This document shows, in pieces, positions 15,545 to 24,313 of a stretch of 43,023 nt of DNA; position 1 is the stretch's first letter; each line of letters starts with the position of its first letter. The stretch comes from Deltaproteobacteria bacterium. Its GTDB lineage: Bacteria; Myxococcota_A; Polyangia; Haliangiales; Haliangiaceae. The notes beneath the pieces were generated by a model that was given only the letters and a program-made list of their open reading frames with translations, ran no database searches and was not told the origin of the DNA. A program made the position numbers and the translations under genes. The stretch covers positions 1-43,023 of the forward strand of contig JANNBP010000285.1 of the NCBI GenBank assembly GCA_031385555.1, read 5' to 3'.

Positions 15545-17779
15545 ATGCGCACGCTCAAGGGTTTCCTTTTGATCTCGATCGCAGCGAGTTGTCAGCAAGG
15601 GGCGCCGGGTGGAGGGGAGAGTAAAGACGACCGGAGCGATCTCTCGGATGTGGACACGGCGCTCTCGCAGCTGCCGGATGTAACCGTGGTCGAGACGCAT
15701 CTCGATGGCTTGCCGCGCTTCATCGTCGGCGAGCTCGCGAAGGTCGGGGACATGCAGACCGATGACATCGCGGCCGCCGATCAGGCGTTGCGAGGATCTC
15801 TCGGCCCGGTGCTCCCGGTGTTCCGGCTGACAGGCGGCGACCTGGTGCTGCGCAAGATCAACACCGACGACGAGGGCAACCGGCACTTCCGGTACGACCA
15901 GGTGGCAGGTGGCATGCCCGTGATCGGCGGCGAGCTCGTCGTCCACGTCGACGTCAAGGGCGCGATCAACGCGGTCAACGGCTCGGCCCGCGGCGATCTC
16001 GGCAACCTCGGCACCAGCCCGATCACCGAGACCACGGCGATGTCGACGATCGGCCACGACATCCGGTTCGCCGGTCTCACCGTCGCCAGCCCGCGGCGCG
16101 TGATGATCCAGACCGACGACGGCGTACTCCACGCGGCGTACGAGGCGATCGCCACGGGCTCGCGCAACGCCACGCCGGTGCGCGACAAGGTCTACGTCGA
16201 TGTCGACACCAACACGGTGATCGCGCAGTACCCGACGGTCCACACCGCGCGCAATCGCAGGATCTATAGCGCCAACAACGGGACCTCGTTGCCGGGCACG
16301 CTGAAGCGCACCGAGGGCCAGGCCGCGAGCGCCGACACCACGGTCAACGTGTCGTACGACGGAGCCGGCAATACCTACGACGCGTACGCGGCGTTCTGGA
16401 ACCGCGACTCCTATGACAACGCGGGCGCGACGCTCACGCAATCGGTGCACTACTCGACGAACTACTGCAACGCGTTCTGGAACGGGACGCAGATGGTGTT
16501 CGGCGACGGCGACTCCTCGCAGGGTTGCGGCTCGCTGGCGCTCAGCCTCGACGTCACCGCGCACGAGATGACGCACGCGGTCACCGAGAACGAATCCGGG
16601 CTGGTCTACAGCGGCGAGTCCGGCGGCATCAACGAGGCGCTGTCCGACATGTTCGGCGCGTTCGTCGAGGCGTGGACCGACGGCGGCAAGAACGGGACGC
16701 TCGCGAACAACGCCGGCGTCTGGCTGATCGGCGACGAGGTGCTGCCGCCGTATCTCCGCAACATGTGCGATCCGGCCGCCGACGGTGCCTCGAGGGACGT
16801 GTGGTCGAGCACGCTCGGCAACGTCGACGTCCACTACTCGTCGGGTCCGGCGAACCTGATGTTCTGTCTGCTCTCGAAGGGCGGCACGCATCCGCGCGGC
16901 AAGACCACGAACAACGTGCCCGCCATCGGCATGGAGAAGGCGATCCGCATCGTCTACAAGGCGCAGGTCGACTACCTGACCTCGACGTCGAAGTACGCGA
17001 ACTTCCGCACCGCGATGGAGCAGGCTGCGACGGCGCTCGGCGAAGGCGCGGCGACCAAGGATGCCGTCGGGTGCGCGTTCGCCGCGATCAGCGTCGGCAC
17101 CGCGCCGGCGAGCTGTGGTGGTACGCCTCCGCCCCCGTCGCCGACCGACGGCGTGCTGACGAATGGCGTCGCGCAGACCAACGTGTCGGGTGACACGGAT
17201 AGCCAGCGGTTCTGGAGCATCGATGTCCCGGCCGGCCAGACCCAGCTGACGATCAGCATCACCGGCGGCTCGGGCGATGCCGACCTCTACGTGCAGTCGG
17301 CGACCAAGCCGACGCTGACGGCCTACCAGTGCCGCCCGTACAAGAACGGCAACGTCGAGAGCTGCGTGTTCTCGCCGCCGACGCAGGGCAAGTACTACGT
17401 GATGCTGCACGCCTATAGTGCATACGCGGGCATCACGCTGACCGGCGCGTACAGCGCGAACACGCAGACCGGCGACCCGTACCTGACGAACGGCGCGGCG
17501 GTGACCGGCGTGACCGGCGCGGCGAACAGCGCGACGTACTGGCGGATCGCGACGCCTGCCGGCAAGACGCTGACCGTGACCACCTCGGGTGGCACCGGCG
17601 ACGCCGACCTCTACACCAAGTTCGGCACGCGCCCGACGACGACGAGCTACACCTGCCGCCCGTACAAGACGGGCAACGCCGAGACGTGCAGCCATCCGAG
17701 CACGAGCGCGGGTGACTACTACATCATGGTGCGCGGCTACAGCGCCTTCTCGGGGCTGCAGCTGATCGGCAGCTACTAG
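15545..17779 (+). CDS. Secreted M4 (thermolysin-like) zinc metalloprotease with two C-terminal PPC domains
   Basis: Signal peptide plus lipobox (LLISIAASC). An N-terminal FTP/PepSY-like propeptide is present. HEMTHAV ... GGINEALSD are the M4 zinc ligands. Two ~100-aa repeats (...GDADLYVQS...CRPYKNG...YYVMLHAYSAYAG... and ...GDADLYTKF...CRPYKTG...YYIMVRGYSAFSG...) are PPC domains. A 388-bp leader precedes the start. Confidence 0.9.
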   Translation: MRTLKGFLLISIAASCQQGAPGGGESKDDRSDLSDVDTALSQLPDVTVVETHLDGLPRFIVGELAKVGDMQTDDIAAADQALRGSLGPVLPVFRLTGGDLVLRKINTDDEGNRHFRYDQVAGGMPVIGGELVVHVDVKGAINAVNGSARGDLGNLGTSPITETTAMSTIGHDIRFAGLTVASPRRVMIQTDDGVLHAAYEAIATGSRNATPVRDKVYVDVDTNTVIAQYPTVHTARNRRIYSANNGTSLPGTLKRTEGQAASADTTVNVSYDGAGNTYDAYAAFWNRDSYDNAGATLTQSVHYSTNYCNAFWNGTQMVFGDGDSSQGCGSLALSLDVTAHEMTHAVTENESGLVYSGESGGINEALSDMFGAFVEAWTDGGKNGTLANNAGVWLIGDEVLPPYLRNMCDPAADGASRDVWSSTLGNVDVHYSSGPANLMFCLLSKGGTHPRGKTTNNVPAIGMEKAIRIVYKAQVDYLTSTSKYANFRTAMEQAATALGEGAATKDAVGCAFAAISVGTAPASCGGTPPPPSPTDGVLTNGVAQTNVSGDTDSQRFWSIDVPAGQTQLTISITGGSGDADLYVQSATKPTLTAYQCRPYKNGNVESCVFSPPTQGKYYVMLHAYSAYAGITLTGAYSANTQTGDPYLTNGAAVTGVTGAANSATYWRIATPAGKTLTVTTSGGTGDADLYTKFGTRPTTTSYTCRPYKTGNAETCSHPSTSAGDYYIMVRGYSAFSGLQLIGSY

Positions 17780-17825
17780 AAAATATTCCGTGACGATCGT
17801 GCGCAGCGGGACGACAGTCTCCCGC

Positions 17826-18209
17826 ATGCGCACGATTCTCGTTTCGGTGGTGTTGTCGTTGTCCGTCCCAGCCTTCGCGGATGCCCCGAAGGAGAAGCCC
17901 ACGGCACCGGCGAAGGTAGAAGACAAGTTCCCGATCCCGAAGGACGCCACCGGCGGTGAGGCGGCCCCGGGCGGCGGCGGCAAGATCCTGATGTACAAGG
18001 TGCCGCGCGGCAAGACGGTCGTCGCGGCCGAGGTCAAGGAGTCGCTGACCAAGGGCGGCTGGAAGATCACCAACGACGGTACAGCGTCACCGTCGGGTCG
18101 CTCGATCCGCGTCGAGGTGACATCGAAGAGCGGCAAGCTCTACAAGGTCAGCTTCACGGGCGTCGACGACAAGGAGAGCGCGATCATCCTGACGCTGCCC
18201 TCGCTCTAG
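17826..18209 (+). CDS. Small secreted protein, unknown function
   Basis: Internal Met with signal peptide (MRTILVSVVLSLSVPAFA). 127 aa, Lys/Gly-rich, high GC3. Confidence 0.5.
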   Translation: MRTILVSVVLSLSVPAFADAPKEKPTAPAKVEDKFPIPKDATGGEAAPGGGGKILMYKVPRGKTVVAAEVKESLTKGGWKITNDGTASPSGRSIRVEVTSKSGKLYKVSFTGVDDKESAIILTLPSL

Positions 18210-18216
18210 TGCCTAT

Positions 18217-18413
18217 CGGGGACAGGATCTACCCCTCCATCCTGTCGGGATTACACAGCTTCTGGACGCAAACGTAAAATCGCAATGTCCGGATCCCGGA
18301 CGACGAACCGATTTTACGTTCGTGTCTAAACCACGAATGATCTCGCCAGCCTGCGGGGGTAGATCCTGTCCCCGATCAACGAGCGGGGGAAATCCTGTCC
18401 CCGATCAACGAGC
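18217..18413. repeat. MITE-like or operator-like element. It has perfect 19-bp terminal inverted repeats, a nested inner palindrome, and a duplicated 22-mer.
   Basis: cggggacaggatctacccc (18217-18235) is the exact reverse complement of ggggtagatcctgtccccg (18356-18374). Inner IR: aacgtaaaatcg (18271-18282) pairs with cgattttacgtt (18309-18320) around the palindrome gtccggatcccggac. atcctgtccccgatcaacgagc occurs twice (18363-18384, 18392-18413). Local GC is ~50% against ~70% in the flanks. Confidence 0.5.
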
Positions 18414-18579
18414 TTGTGTAGTGCCGGCGTTGCGGAAGCCGGATCGGATCGCGGTGCTGTTGCTGCAGCTCTCGATCGAGAGCTCGCGCAGGAACACGAG
18501 CGCGCGCGCGAGGTTGTCGACGCTGCAGTTCGCGCCGAACAGACATGACAGGTTCGCGTCAGGTTTCGTAGGCTGCAGC

Positions 18580-19545
18580 ATGCGCGCCCTCGCACTCCTC
18601 GCGGTCACCGGTTGCGTGACCTCGATCCATCCGCGCGGCGGCACGCTCGAGACCACGCCGCCTCGGTTCGAGGCGAGCTCGCAGCTCGGCACGTTCTCGC
18701 TGAGCGAGGCGCTTTCGCAGGGCCACGTCGCGATCGTGTTCTATCGCGGCTTCTGGTGACCCTGGTGCAAGCACCAGCTCGGTGAGCTGGCCCGGGTCGC
18801 GAAGAGTGGAGCGTTTCGCCAGCGTGGGGTGACGCTGGTCGCCATCTCGCGCGATGACGTCGACGACTCGCGCAGCTTCGCGCGCGACTACGGCATCGAG
18901 TTCCCCTTGATCAGCGATCTCGACGGCGCGATCTCGAAGGCGCTCGTCGGGATCGACGACCAGGATCACTCGATCCCCGGCGTCGTCGTGATCCGGCGCG
19001 ACGGCGTGATCGCGTTCCGTCAGATCGCGAAATCGAAGGACGATCGGCTGACCGCGCGCGCGCTGCTCGAGGCGATCGATCGCAGCCTCGGCACCTCGGG
19101 CGAGCTCGCCCGGACGCGACATCCCGCGCTTGAACGGGCGCAGCTGCGCCTCGAGACCGGTGGAGGGCAGGTACGGATCGAGGATCGGTGGCAGGCGACC
19201 GGCGTCTCGAGGTTCGGCATCCTGATCCCGCTGCAGCGCTATCTGTTCGCAGGCGCCGCGATCGCGAGCGAGTACCGGGAGGCGCGGCTGTCGCTTCAGG
19301 GATCGATCGGCGTGCGCGTCCCGATCCTCGCCGACCTCGCCGCGATCCAGCTCTCCGGTGAGGCCGGGTTGCCGATCAGCGCACCGGGCGTCTACGCAGG
19401 CCTGAGGCTCGGGCTCTGGTTCGCGTGGACGCCGCGCTGGGCCGTGAACCTCGACGGCACCTTCGGCGTGCACGATGCCGGCCGCGTCGATGCGCTGCCA
19501 GGCTGGTCGGCATCACTGGGCGTCGCGCGCTTGCTCGGTCGCTAG
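18580..19545 (+). CDS. Candidate selenoprotein: a lipoprotein peroxiredoxin-like (AhpC/TSA / redoxin fold) protein with an in-frame UGA (Sec) at 18757-18759 and a C-terminal ~200-aa extension
   Basis: ORFs 18322-18759 and 18829-19545 are in the same frame, separated only by a TGA, with no other stop. Read-through gives AIVFYRGFW-U-PWCKHQLGEL...GVTLVAISRDD...FARDYGIEFPLISDLDG...VVVIRRDGVIAF. This is the Prx/redoxin FYRGxWCPxC-...-FPLLSD-...-DG pattern with U at the first (peroxidatic) Cys. The start at 18580 gives a signal peptide plus lipobox (MRALALLAVTGC). Confidence 0.6.
18760..18780 (+). other. Candidate bacterial SECIS-like stem-loop immediately 3' of the in-frame UGA
   Basis: ctggtg caag caccag (18762-18777) forms a perfect 6-7 bp stem with a G-containing apical loop, starting 3 nt after the TGA. 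A second hairpin, gcgaa-N11-ttcgc, lies at 18799-18819. Confidence 0.35.
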
Positions 19546-19578
19546 AAGTGGGCCGGCGACTGCGACGAGCTCGCGTCG

Positions 19579-21519
19579 CTACTGCGAGATCACGCCGAAG
19601 CTGATCATCAGCGCGACCGCGATCCCCATCAGCGACTCGCCGGCGATCAGGCCCGACGCGATCGGCACCACGTGCGCACCCTGACCGCGGCGGTTCATCA
19701 GCTCGCCGATCGCGGCACCGAGGAACATCACGATCGCGTTGGCACCGGGGATCACCATGGCGATGCCGAGGCCGTTCGCCGAGGGGATGAACGCCTTGAC
19801 GTGCTTCGGCGCGTACTTCTCGATGATGGCGAGCACCGTGCCGATCACGAGGCCGACCACCATCGCCACCTGCACCGACGGCTGCAGCGAGCCGAGCCCG
19901 TTGACGAACGCGCGCGACACGCCCTCCCAGACCAGACACGACGGCGCCGGCCACTCGCTATCGCCGAGCACCGCAGGGTCGGGGATGATGATGCGGAACG
20001 CGGGCACGATGAACATCGCGCCGGCGATCACACCGAACAGCTGCGCGTAGACCTGGTGCCGCGGCTTCGCGCCGAGGAGCCAGCCGGTCTTCATCGTCGT
20101 CAGCAGATCGGCGGCGTGCAGGCCGATGCCACCGGTGACGTTCGCCGACATGATGTTGCCCGTCAGGTTGCCCGGCGTCAGGCCGCCGAACACCATCTGG
20201 GTGACGGGCCCGAGGGCCTTGGTCGGGGTGATGTCGGTCTCGCCGGTGACGCGCGAGGCGACGAAGCCCATCAGGATCGCGAGGAAGGCCGCGATCACGC
20301 CGGCCCACGGCGGGATCCCGAAGATCCACGCCATCAACAACACGACGATCGGCGTCAGGATCAAGAAGCCGACGGGGAACCACGAGCCGGGCACCTCGAC
20401 GTCCTCGATCGTGAGCTCGCCGGCGGGTTTCGCGACGGGCTTGCCGCGACTGAACAGCTTGCCGATGCCGGAGAACGAGCGACCGAGCGCGCGCCAGTCG
20501 AGGGCGAACGACGTCAACCCGGCACTGACGAGGATCGCGGCACCCGGCCACAACGTCCATTGCACGATCGTCTTGTAGTTCGTCTTCCCGTCGACGAGCG
20601 CCGCGACGTACCCCTGGTCGACGAGCCACGGTGCGAGGACCGCGTAGGTGATGATCGAGCCGAGCAGCAGGGACCAGCCGGTGCGGAAGCTCATCAGCGC
20701 GCCGGCGCCGAGCAGCACGACCTCGACGTTGATGTAGAGCGTCCACGACAGCATCGCGTAGCCGCCGAACTCGAACGGGAAGTCGATGTGCTCGGGGAGG
20801 ATCTTGAACACGCTGACGCCGGCCTTGATCCCGACGCCGACCAGGAACGCGATCCCGAGCGCCTTGAGGGCGCTCCTCGCCTTGCCGCCATCGCCGGCGT
20901 TGTGCATCGAGCGGATCGTCTCGGCGGTCGCCGTGCCGGTCGGGAACGCGAGCCCCTCCTGGTTGATCAGCTGGCGCTTGATCGGGATCGCGACGAACAC
21001 ACCCATCGCGGCGATCACCGCGAACCAGATCATCATCTGTCCGGTGCCCGGACCTTCTTGCGGGGCACGAGACAGCAGGAACGTGCCCTCGAGCGCGTCC
21101 CACAGATGCGGGACCAGCAGCGGCGGCGTCAGCACCATGAGTAGCGCGCCGTAGGCGGCCATGTTGCCACCCGCGGTCATGTACCCGGCGCCCGAGGCGA
21201 CCGTGGTGAGCGCGTTGTTCTCGAGCGCGCCGAGGGGCTTGGTCAGCTTCGCGGCCGAGGTCAGCTGGAACACCCCGAACGCGAGGATGCAGGCGGTCAG
21301 CGTGACTCCTAGGGACCATCCCGTCTTGAAGAACACGTAGAGGTTCGACAGGCACATCACCGCGCCGATCACGACGCCCCAGATCACCGCACGAACTGTG
21401 AGGTTCGCCTCGTTGGGCTGATAAACCTCGCGCAGCCAGCGAGCTTCCGGGTCTTCGGTCGCGGCCGTCGCCGGATCGACCTCGACTCGCAACGTCTTGG
21501 AGGTAGGCGTCCGGGCCAT
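19579..21519 (-). CDS. OPT-family oligopeptide transporter
   Basis: 646 aa with ~16 predicted TM segments. N-terminal OPT-family blocks (REVYQPNEANLTVRAVIWG, NLYVFFKTGWS) are present. High GC3. The two overlapping plus-strand ORFs are Arg/Asp-rich artefacts. Confidence 0.85.
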   Translation of the reverse strand: MARTPTSKTLRVEVDPATAATEDPEARWLREVYQPNEANLTVRAVIWGVVIGAVMCLSNLYVFFKTGWSLGVTLTACILAFGVFQLTSAAKLTKPLGALENNALTTVASGAGYMTAGGNMAAYGALLMVLTPPLLVPHLWDALEGTFLLSRAPQEGPGTGQMMIWFAVIAAMGVFVAIPIKRQLINQEGLAFPTGTATAETIRSMHNAGDGGKARSALKALGIAFLVGVGIKAGVSVFKILPEHIDFPFEFGGYAMLSWTLYINVEVVLLGAGALMSFRTGWSLLLGSIITYAVLAPWLVDQGYVAALVDGKTNYKTIVQWTLWPGAAILVSAGLTSFALDWRALGRSFSGIGKLFSRGKPVAKPAGELTIEDVEVPGSWFPVGFLILTPIVVLLMAWIFGIPPWAGVIAAFLAILMGFVASRVTGETDITPTKALGPVTQMVFGGLTPGNLTGNIMSANVTGGIGLHAADLLTTMKTGWLLGAKPRHQVYAQLFGVIAGAMFIVPAFRIIIPDPAVLGDSEWPAPSCLVWEGVSRAFVNGLGSLQPSVQVAMVVGLVIGTVLAIIEKYAPKHVKAFIPSANGLGIAMVIPGANAIVMFLGAAIGELMNRRGQGAHVVPIASGLIAGESLMGIAVALMISFGVISQ

Positions 21520-21589
21520 TTATCTGCGCGAGGTTAGCCCGATGTCAGAGGTTTCGTGCAAGCTTCCGCCCCTCATGGAGACCAACCAG

Positions 21590-21850
21590 ATGACCGACAC
21601 CGAAACCGAGACCCCGACCAGCACCGAATCCGCCGTCGCCCGTTTTGCCGAGCTCCAGGCCCTGGTCGCCGGTATGGAGGCCGATTTCGTGAAGTTCTAT
21701 AGCGGTGGCAACAAGGCCGCCGGCACCCGCGTTCGCAATGCGATGCAGGAGCTCAAGACCTTCGCGCAGACCGTCCGCAACGAAGTGTCCGCGATCAAGA
21801 ACGAAGGCGGCACCAAGGCCGAAGGTTCTTCTTCGGACTCCGACGCGTAA
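21590..21850 (+). CDS. Histone H1-like / Hc1-family nucleoid-associated protein (small)
   Basis: GGAGA sits 8 nt upstream of the ATG at 21590. FYSGGNKAAGTRVRNAMQELKTFAQTVRNE resembles the chlamydial Hc1 N-domain (GNKAAAQRVRTESIKLEK). The C-terminal tail is acidic and Ser-rich. Confidence 0.5.
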   Translation: MTDTETETPTSTESAVARFAELQALVAGMEADFVKFYSGGNKAAGTRVRNAMQELKTFAQTVRNEVSAIKNEGGTKAEGSSSDSDA

Positions 21851-21980
21851 CGAGCGCAGGGCGGCCGCGTTCTCGCAGTCGTCCGCCAGGAGCTTCGCCC
21901 CTCGCGGCGACGTGATCCTCGACCACCACGGCCGAGGTTGAAGTGCGGCGGAGCCGGTTTCCCGAGAAATCGCCGCTATA

Positions 21981-22247
21981 GTGCCGCCCATGAGTGACCA
22001 CCCCACCGACTTCGTCGGCTCGGTCTCCGACGCGATCACCGATGGCATCAAGACCAAGATCCCCGATGCCGTCGTCTCGGTGAAGGGTGGCGGCGGCCAC
22101 TACACGATCGAGGTCGTGTCCCCTGTGTTCGCCGGCAAGTCGATGCTCGAGAACCAGCGCCTCGTCCTCGGCTCCATCAAGCACCTGATCAACGGTGCGG
22201 CGCCGCCGGTCCACGCCGTCGACTCGCTGATCACGCGCGTGCCCTGA
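21981..22247 (+). CDS. BolA family protein
   Basis: GGGGHYTIEVVSPVFAGKSMLENQRLV matches the BolA signature (GGGxH...VVSxxFxGxxxxxRHRxV). 88 aa. Confidence 0.8.
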   Translation: MPPMSDHPTDFVGSVSDAITDGIKTKIPDAVVSVKGGGGHYTIEVVSPVFAGKSMLENQRLVLGSIKHLINGAAPPVHAVDSLITRVP

Positions 22248-22261
22248 TTTATTGTCGACGC

Positions 22262-24166
22262 GTGGTCAGCAGCGGTCGACGTTGCGGGACCTGCGGGTCG
22301 CTGTCCGCGGGGTATAAGACCGGCGTGGTTCGCTCGCTGGTCTTCGCGCTGGTCTTCGCGCTACAGGTCGCCTGCGGGCATCCAGCGAGACCGGTCACGC
22401 CGTTGCCGCGCGATCCGAGCTCGTTCGCGGATCCCGCGAAGGTCGCGATCACGCACGTCTCGCTCGATCTCACCGTCGACTTCACCGCGCGCGTCCTCCA
22501 CGGCACCGCGAAGCTGACGGTCGCGCGCCACGATCCGAAGGCGCCGCTTCGCCTCGACACGCAGGATCTCGCGATCGAGTCCGCCGTCGACTGCGCCACG
22601 AGCAAGCCGCTCGCGTATGCGGTGGATCGGCGTCACCCGTTCCTCGGCAGCTCGCTCGTGATCCAGCAGCCGAGCGAGTGCGTCGCGATCGCGTATCGCA
22701 CCTCACCCGGCGCTCGCGCGTTGTTGTGGATGGAGCCCTCCGGGACGGCAGGCAAGCAAGCGCCGATGCTGTTCACGCAATCGCAGGCGATCCTCGCGCG
22801 CAGCTGGGTGCCGCTCCAGGACACGCCGTCGGTGCGCTTCACCTACGACGCGGTGCTCCACGTGCCCGCCAAGCTGTGGGCGGTGATGTCGGCGACCAAT
22901 CTCCAGCGCCCACCCGCCGACGGGGTGTGGCACTTCGAGATGAAGCAGCCGATCCCGTCGTACCTGATGGCCCTCGCCGTCGGAGACTTCGCGTTCAAGG
23001 CGATCGGGACGCGCACCGGGATCTACGCCGAGCCCTCGATCGTCGAGGCCGCCGCCGCGGAGTTCGGCGAGGTCGACGCGATGATGGCGACCGCCGAGAA
23101 GCTGTACGGCCCGTACGCGTGGGGCCGCTACGACATGCTCGTGTTGCCGCCGAGCTTTCCGTACGGCGGTATGGAGAATCCGCGCCTGACGTTCCTCACG
23201 CCGACGGCGATCGTCGGCGACCGAACGTTGGTGTCCTTGATCGCGCACGAGCTCGCGCACTCGTGGTCCGGCAACCTCGTCACCAACCGCACGTGGGCCG
23301 ACTTCTGGCTCAACGAAGGGTTCACCACCTACGTCGAGCGCCGGATCATGGAACAGCTGCGCGGGCGCGACTACGTCGACATGCAGTGGTCGATCGGTCA
23401 TCGCGAGCTGCTCAAGGCGTTCGCCGAGACCAAGCCCGCGGATACCAGGCTCGCCCTCGAGATCTCCCCCGATCGCGATCCCGAGGATGTCCCCGGCAAT
23501 GCCGCGTACGAGAAGGGCGCGCTGTTCCTGCGCACGCTCGAGGAGGCCTTCGGCCGTGACGTGTTCGACGCGTTCGTCCGTCGCCGCTTCGAGCGCCTCG
23601 CGTTTTCGTCGACCGACTCGGTCACCTTCGAGGCCGACGTTCGTCGCGAGCTGATCGACGCGCACCCCGGCACGTTCACCGTGCAGCGGCTCTCCCTATG
23701 GCTGCACGGGACGGGCTTGCCCGACGGGGCTGCACCGAGGTCGTCGCGCCGCGTCGCCGAGCTAGATGCGATCGCCCAGCGCTTCCTCGCCACCGGCGAG
23801 CTGTTCGAGACCACCGGCTGGAGCACGCTCGACTGGGTCGTGTTCCTGCGCGCCTTGCCCGCGACGATGGTGCTCGGTCGGCTGCAAGCGCTCGATGCGA
23901 AGTTCAGGCTGACCGCGCAGAGCAATCCCGAGGTCGCGATGAACTGGTTGCCGTTGATGGTGCGTGCCGATGGCAAGGAAGCGATCCCCGCGATCGAGGC
24001 CTACCTGACGACGATCGGTCGCCGCCGCAACCTCGGTCCGCTCTACAAAGCGCTCGTCGACAAGGGTGGCAGCTGGCTCGAGCTCGCGCGCGCCACGTTC
24101 GAGAAGGCCAAGCCGATGTATCACCCGACGGTGCGCGAAGACTTCACGCGCCTGCTCGCGCGCTAG
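22262..24166 (+). CDS. M1-family zinc aminopeptidase (LTA4 hydrolase/aminopeptidase-N-like), secreted lipoprotein
   Basis: The GxMEN exopeptidase motif is FPYGGMENPRLTF. The HExxH-x18-E motif is HELAHSWSGNLVTNRTWADFWLNEGFTTYVE. A lipobox-like N-terminus (FALQVACG) is present. The start is uncertain. Confidence 0.85.
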   Translation: MVSSGRRCGTCGSLSAGYKTGVVRSLVFALVFALQVACGHPARPVTPLPRDPSSFADPAKVAITHVSLDLTVDFTARVLHGTAKLTVARHDPKAPLRLDTQDLAIESAVDCATSKPLAYAVDRRHPFLGSSLVIQQPSECVAIAYRTSPGARALLWMEPSGTAGKQAPMLFTQSQAILARSWVPLQDTPSVRFTYDAVLHVPAKLWAVMSATNLQRPPADGVWHFEMKQPIPSYLMALAVGDFAFKAIGTRTGIYAEPSIVEAAAAEFGEVDAMMATAEKLYGPYAWGRYDMLVLPPSFPYGGMENPRLTFLTPTAIVGDRTLVSLIAHELAHSWSGNLVTNRTWADFWLNEGFTTYVERRIMEQLRGRDYVDMQWSIGHRELLKAFAETKPADTRLALEISPDRDPEDVPGNAAYEKGALFLRTLEEAFGRDVFDAFVRRRFERLAFSSTDSVTFEADVRRELIDAHPGTFTVQRLSLWLHGTGLPDGAAPRSSRRVAELDAIAQRFLATGELFETTGWSTLDWVVFLRALPATMVLGRLQALDAKFRLTAQSNPEVAMNWLPLMVRADGKEAIPAIEAYLTTIGRRRNLGPLYKALVDKGGSWLELARATFEKAKPMYHPTVREDFTRLLAR

Positions 24167-24278
24167 ATCATCGGCTTCGCGCCGCGGCCGCGCTTCGCAG
24201 GGCGCGGTGCATGCCGTCGGGCCTCCGTGTTTTCGCTGCCTTGCGTAGCTGCCCTCGTCACGTCCCCCCAACCGAGAT

Positions 24279-24313
24279 CGTTATAACGACCATAACGGAC
24301 TTCGTTATAACGA
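24279..24313. promoter_or_regulatory. Two copies of a perfectly palindromic 12-mer, TCGTTATAACGA, 24 bp apart, in an AT-rich pocket
   Basis: tcgttataacga occurs at 24278-24289 and at 24302-24313 and is self-complementary. Related ataacgg and ctaacga half-sites lie between and after the copies. The site lies in the convergent intergenic region between 24166 and 24426. Confidence 0.4.

Noticed and set aside
15479-18136. 885-aa minus-strand ORF antisense to the M4 protease
   Set aside because: It is Arg/Ala/Val-rich with no domain signal, whereas the plus-strand protein has unmistakable thermolysin motifs.
18363-18413. Two direct 22-bp repeats that might suggest a CRISPR array
   Set aside because: There are only two copies with a 6-bp spacer and no cas genes. 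They fit better as part of the palindromic element, as a partial end duplication or operator sites.
18322-18579. N-terminal 86 aa of the ORF-track protein upstream of the redoxin
   Set aside because: It is Arg/Ser/Pro-rich and runs through the palindromic low-GC element. The Met at 18580 gives a canonical lipoprotein signal peptide, so the true start is placed there.
19672-21355. Two long ORFs (490 aa on the plus strand, 465 aa on the minus strand) overlapping the OPT transporter
   Set aside because: They have Arg/Asp/His-rich low-complexity composition. The minus-strand 646-aa frame encodes a coherent polytopic OPT transporter.
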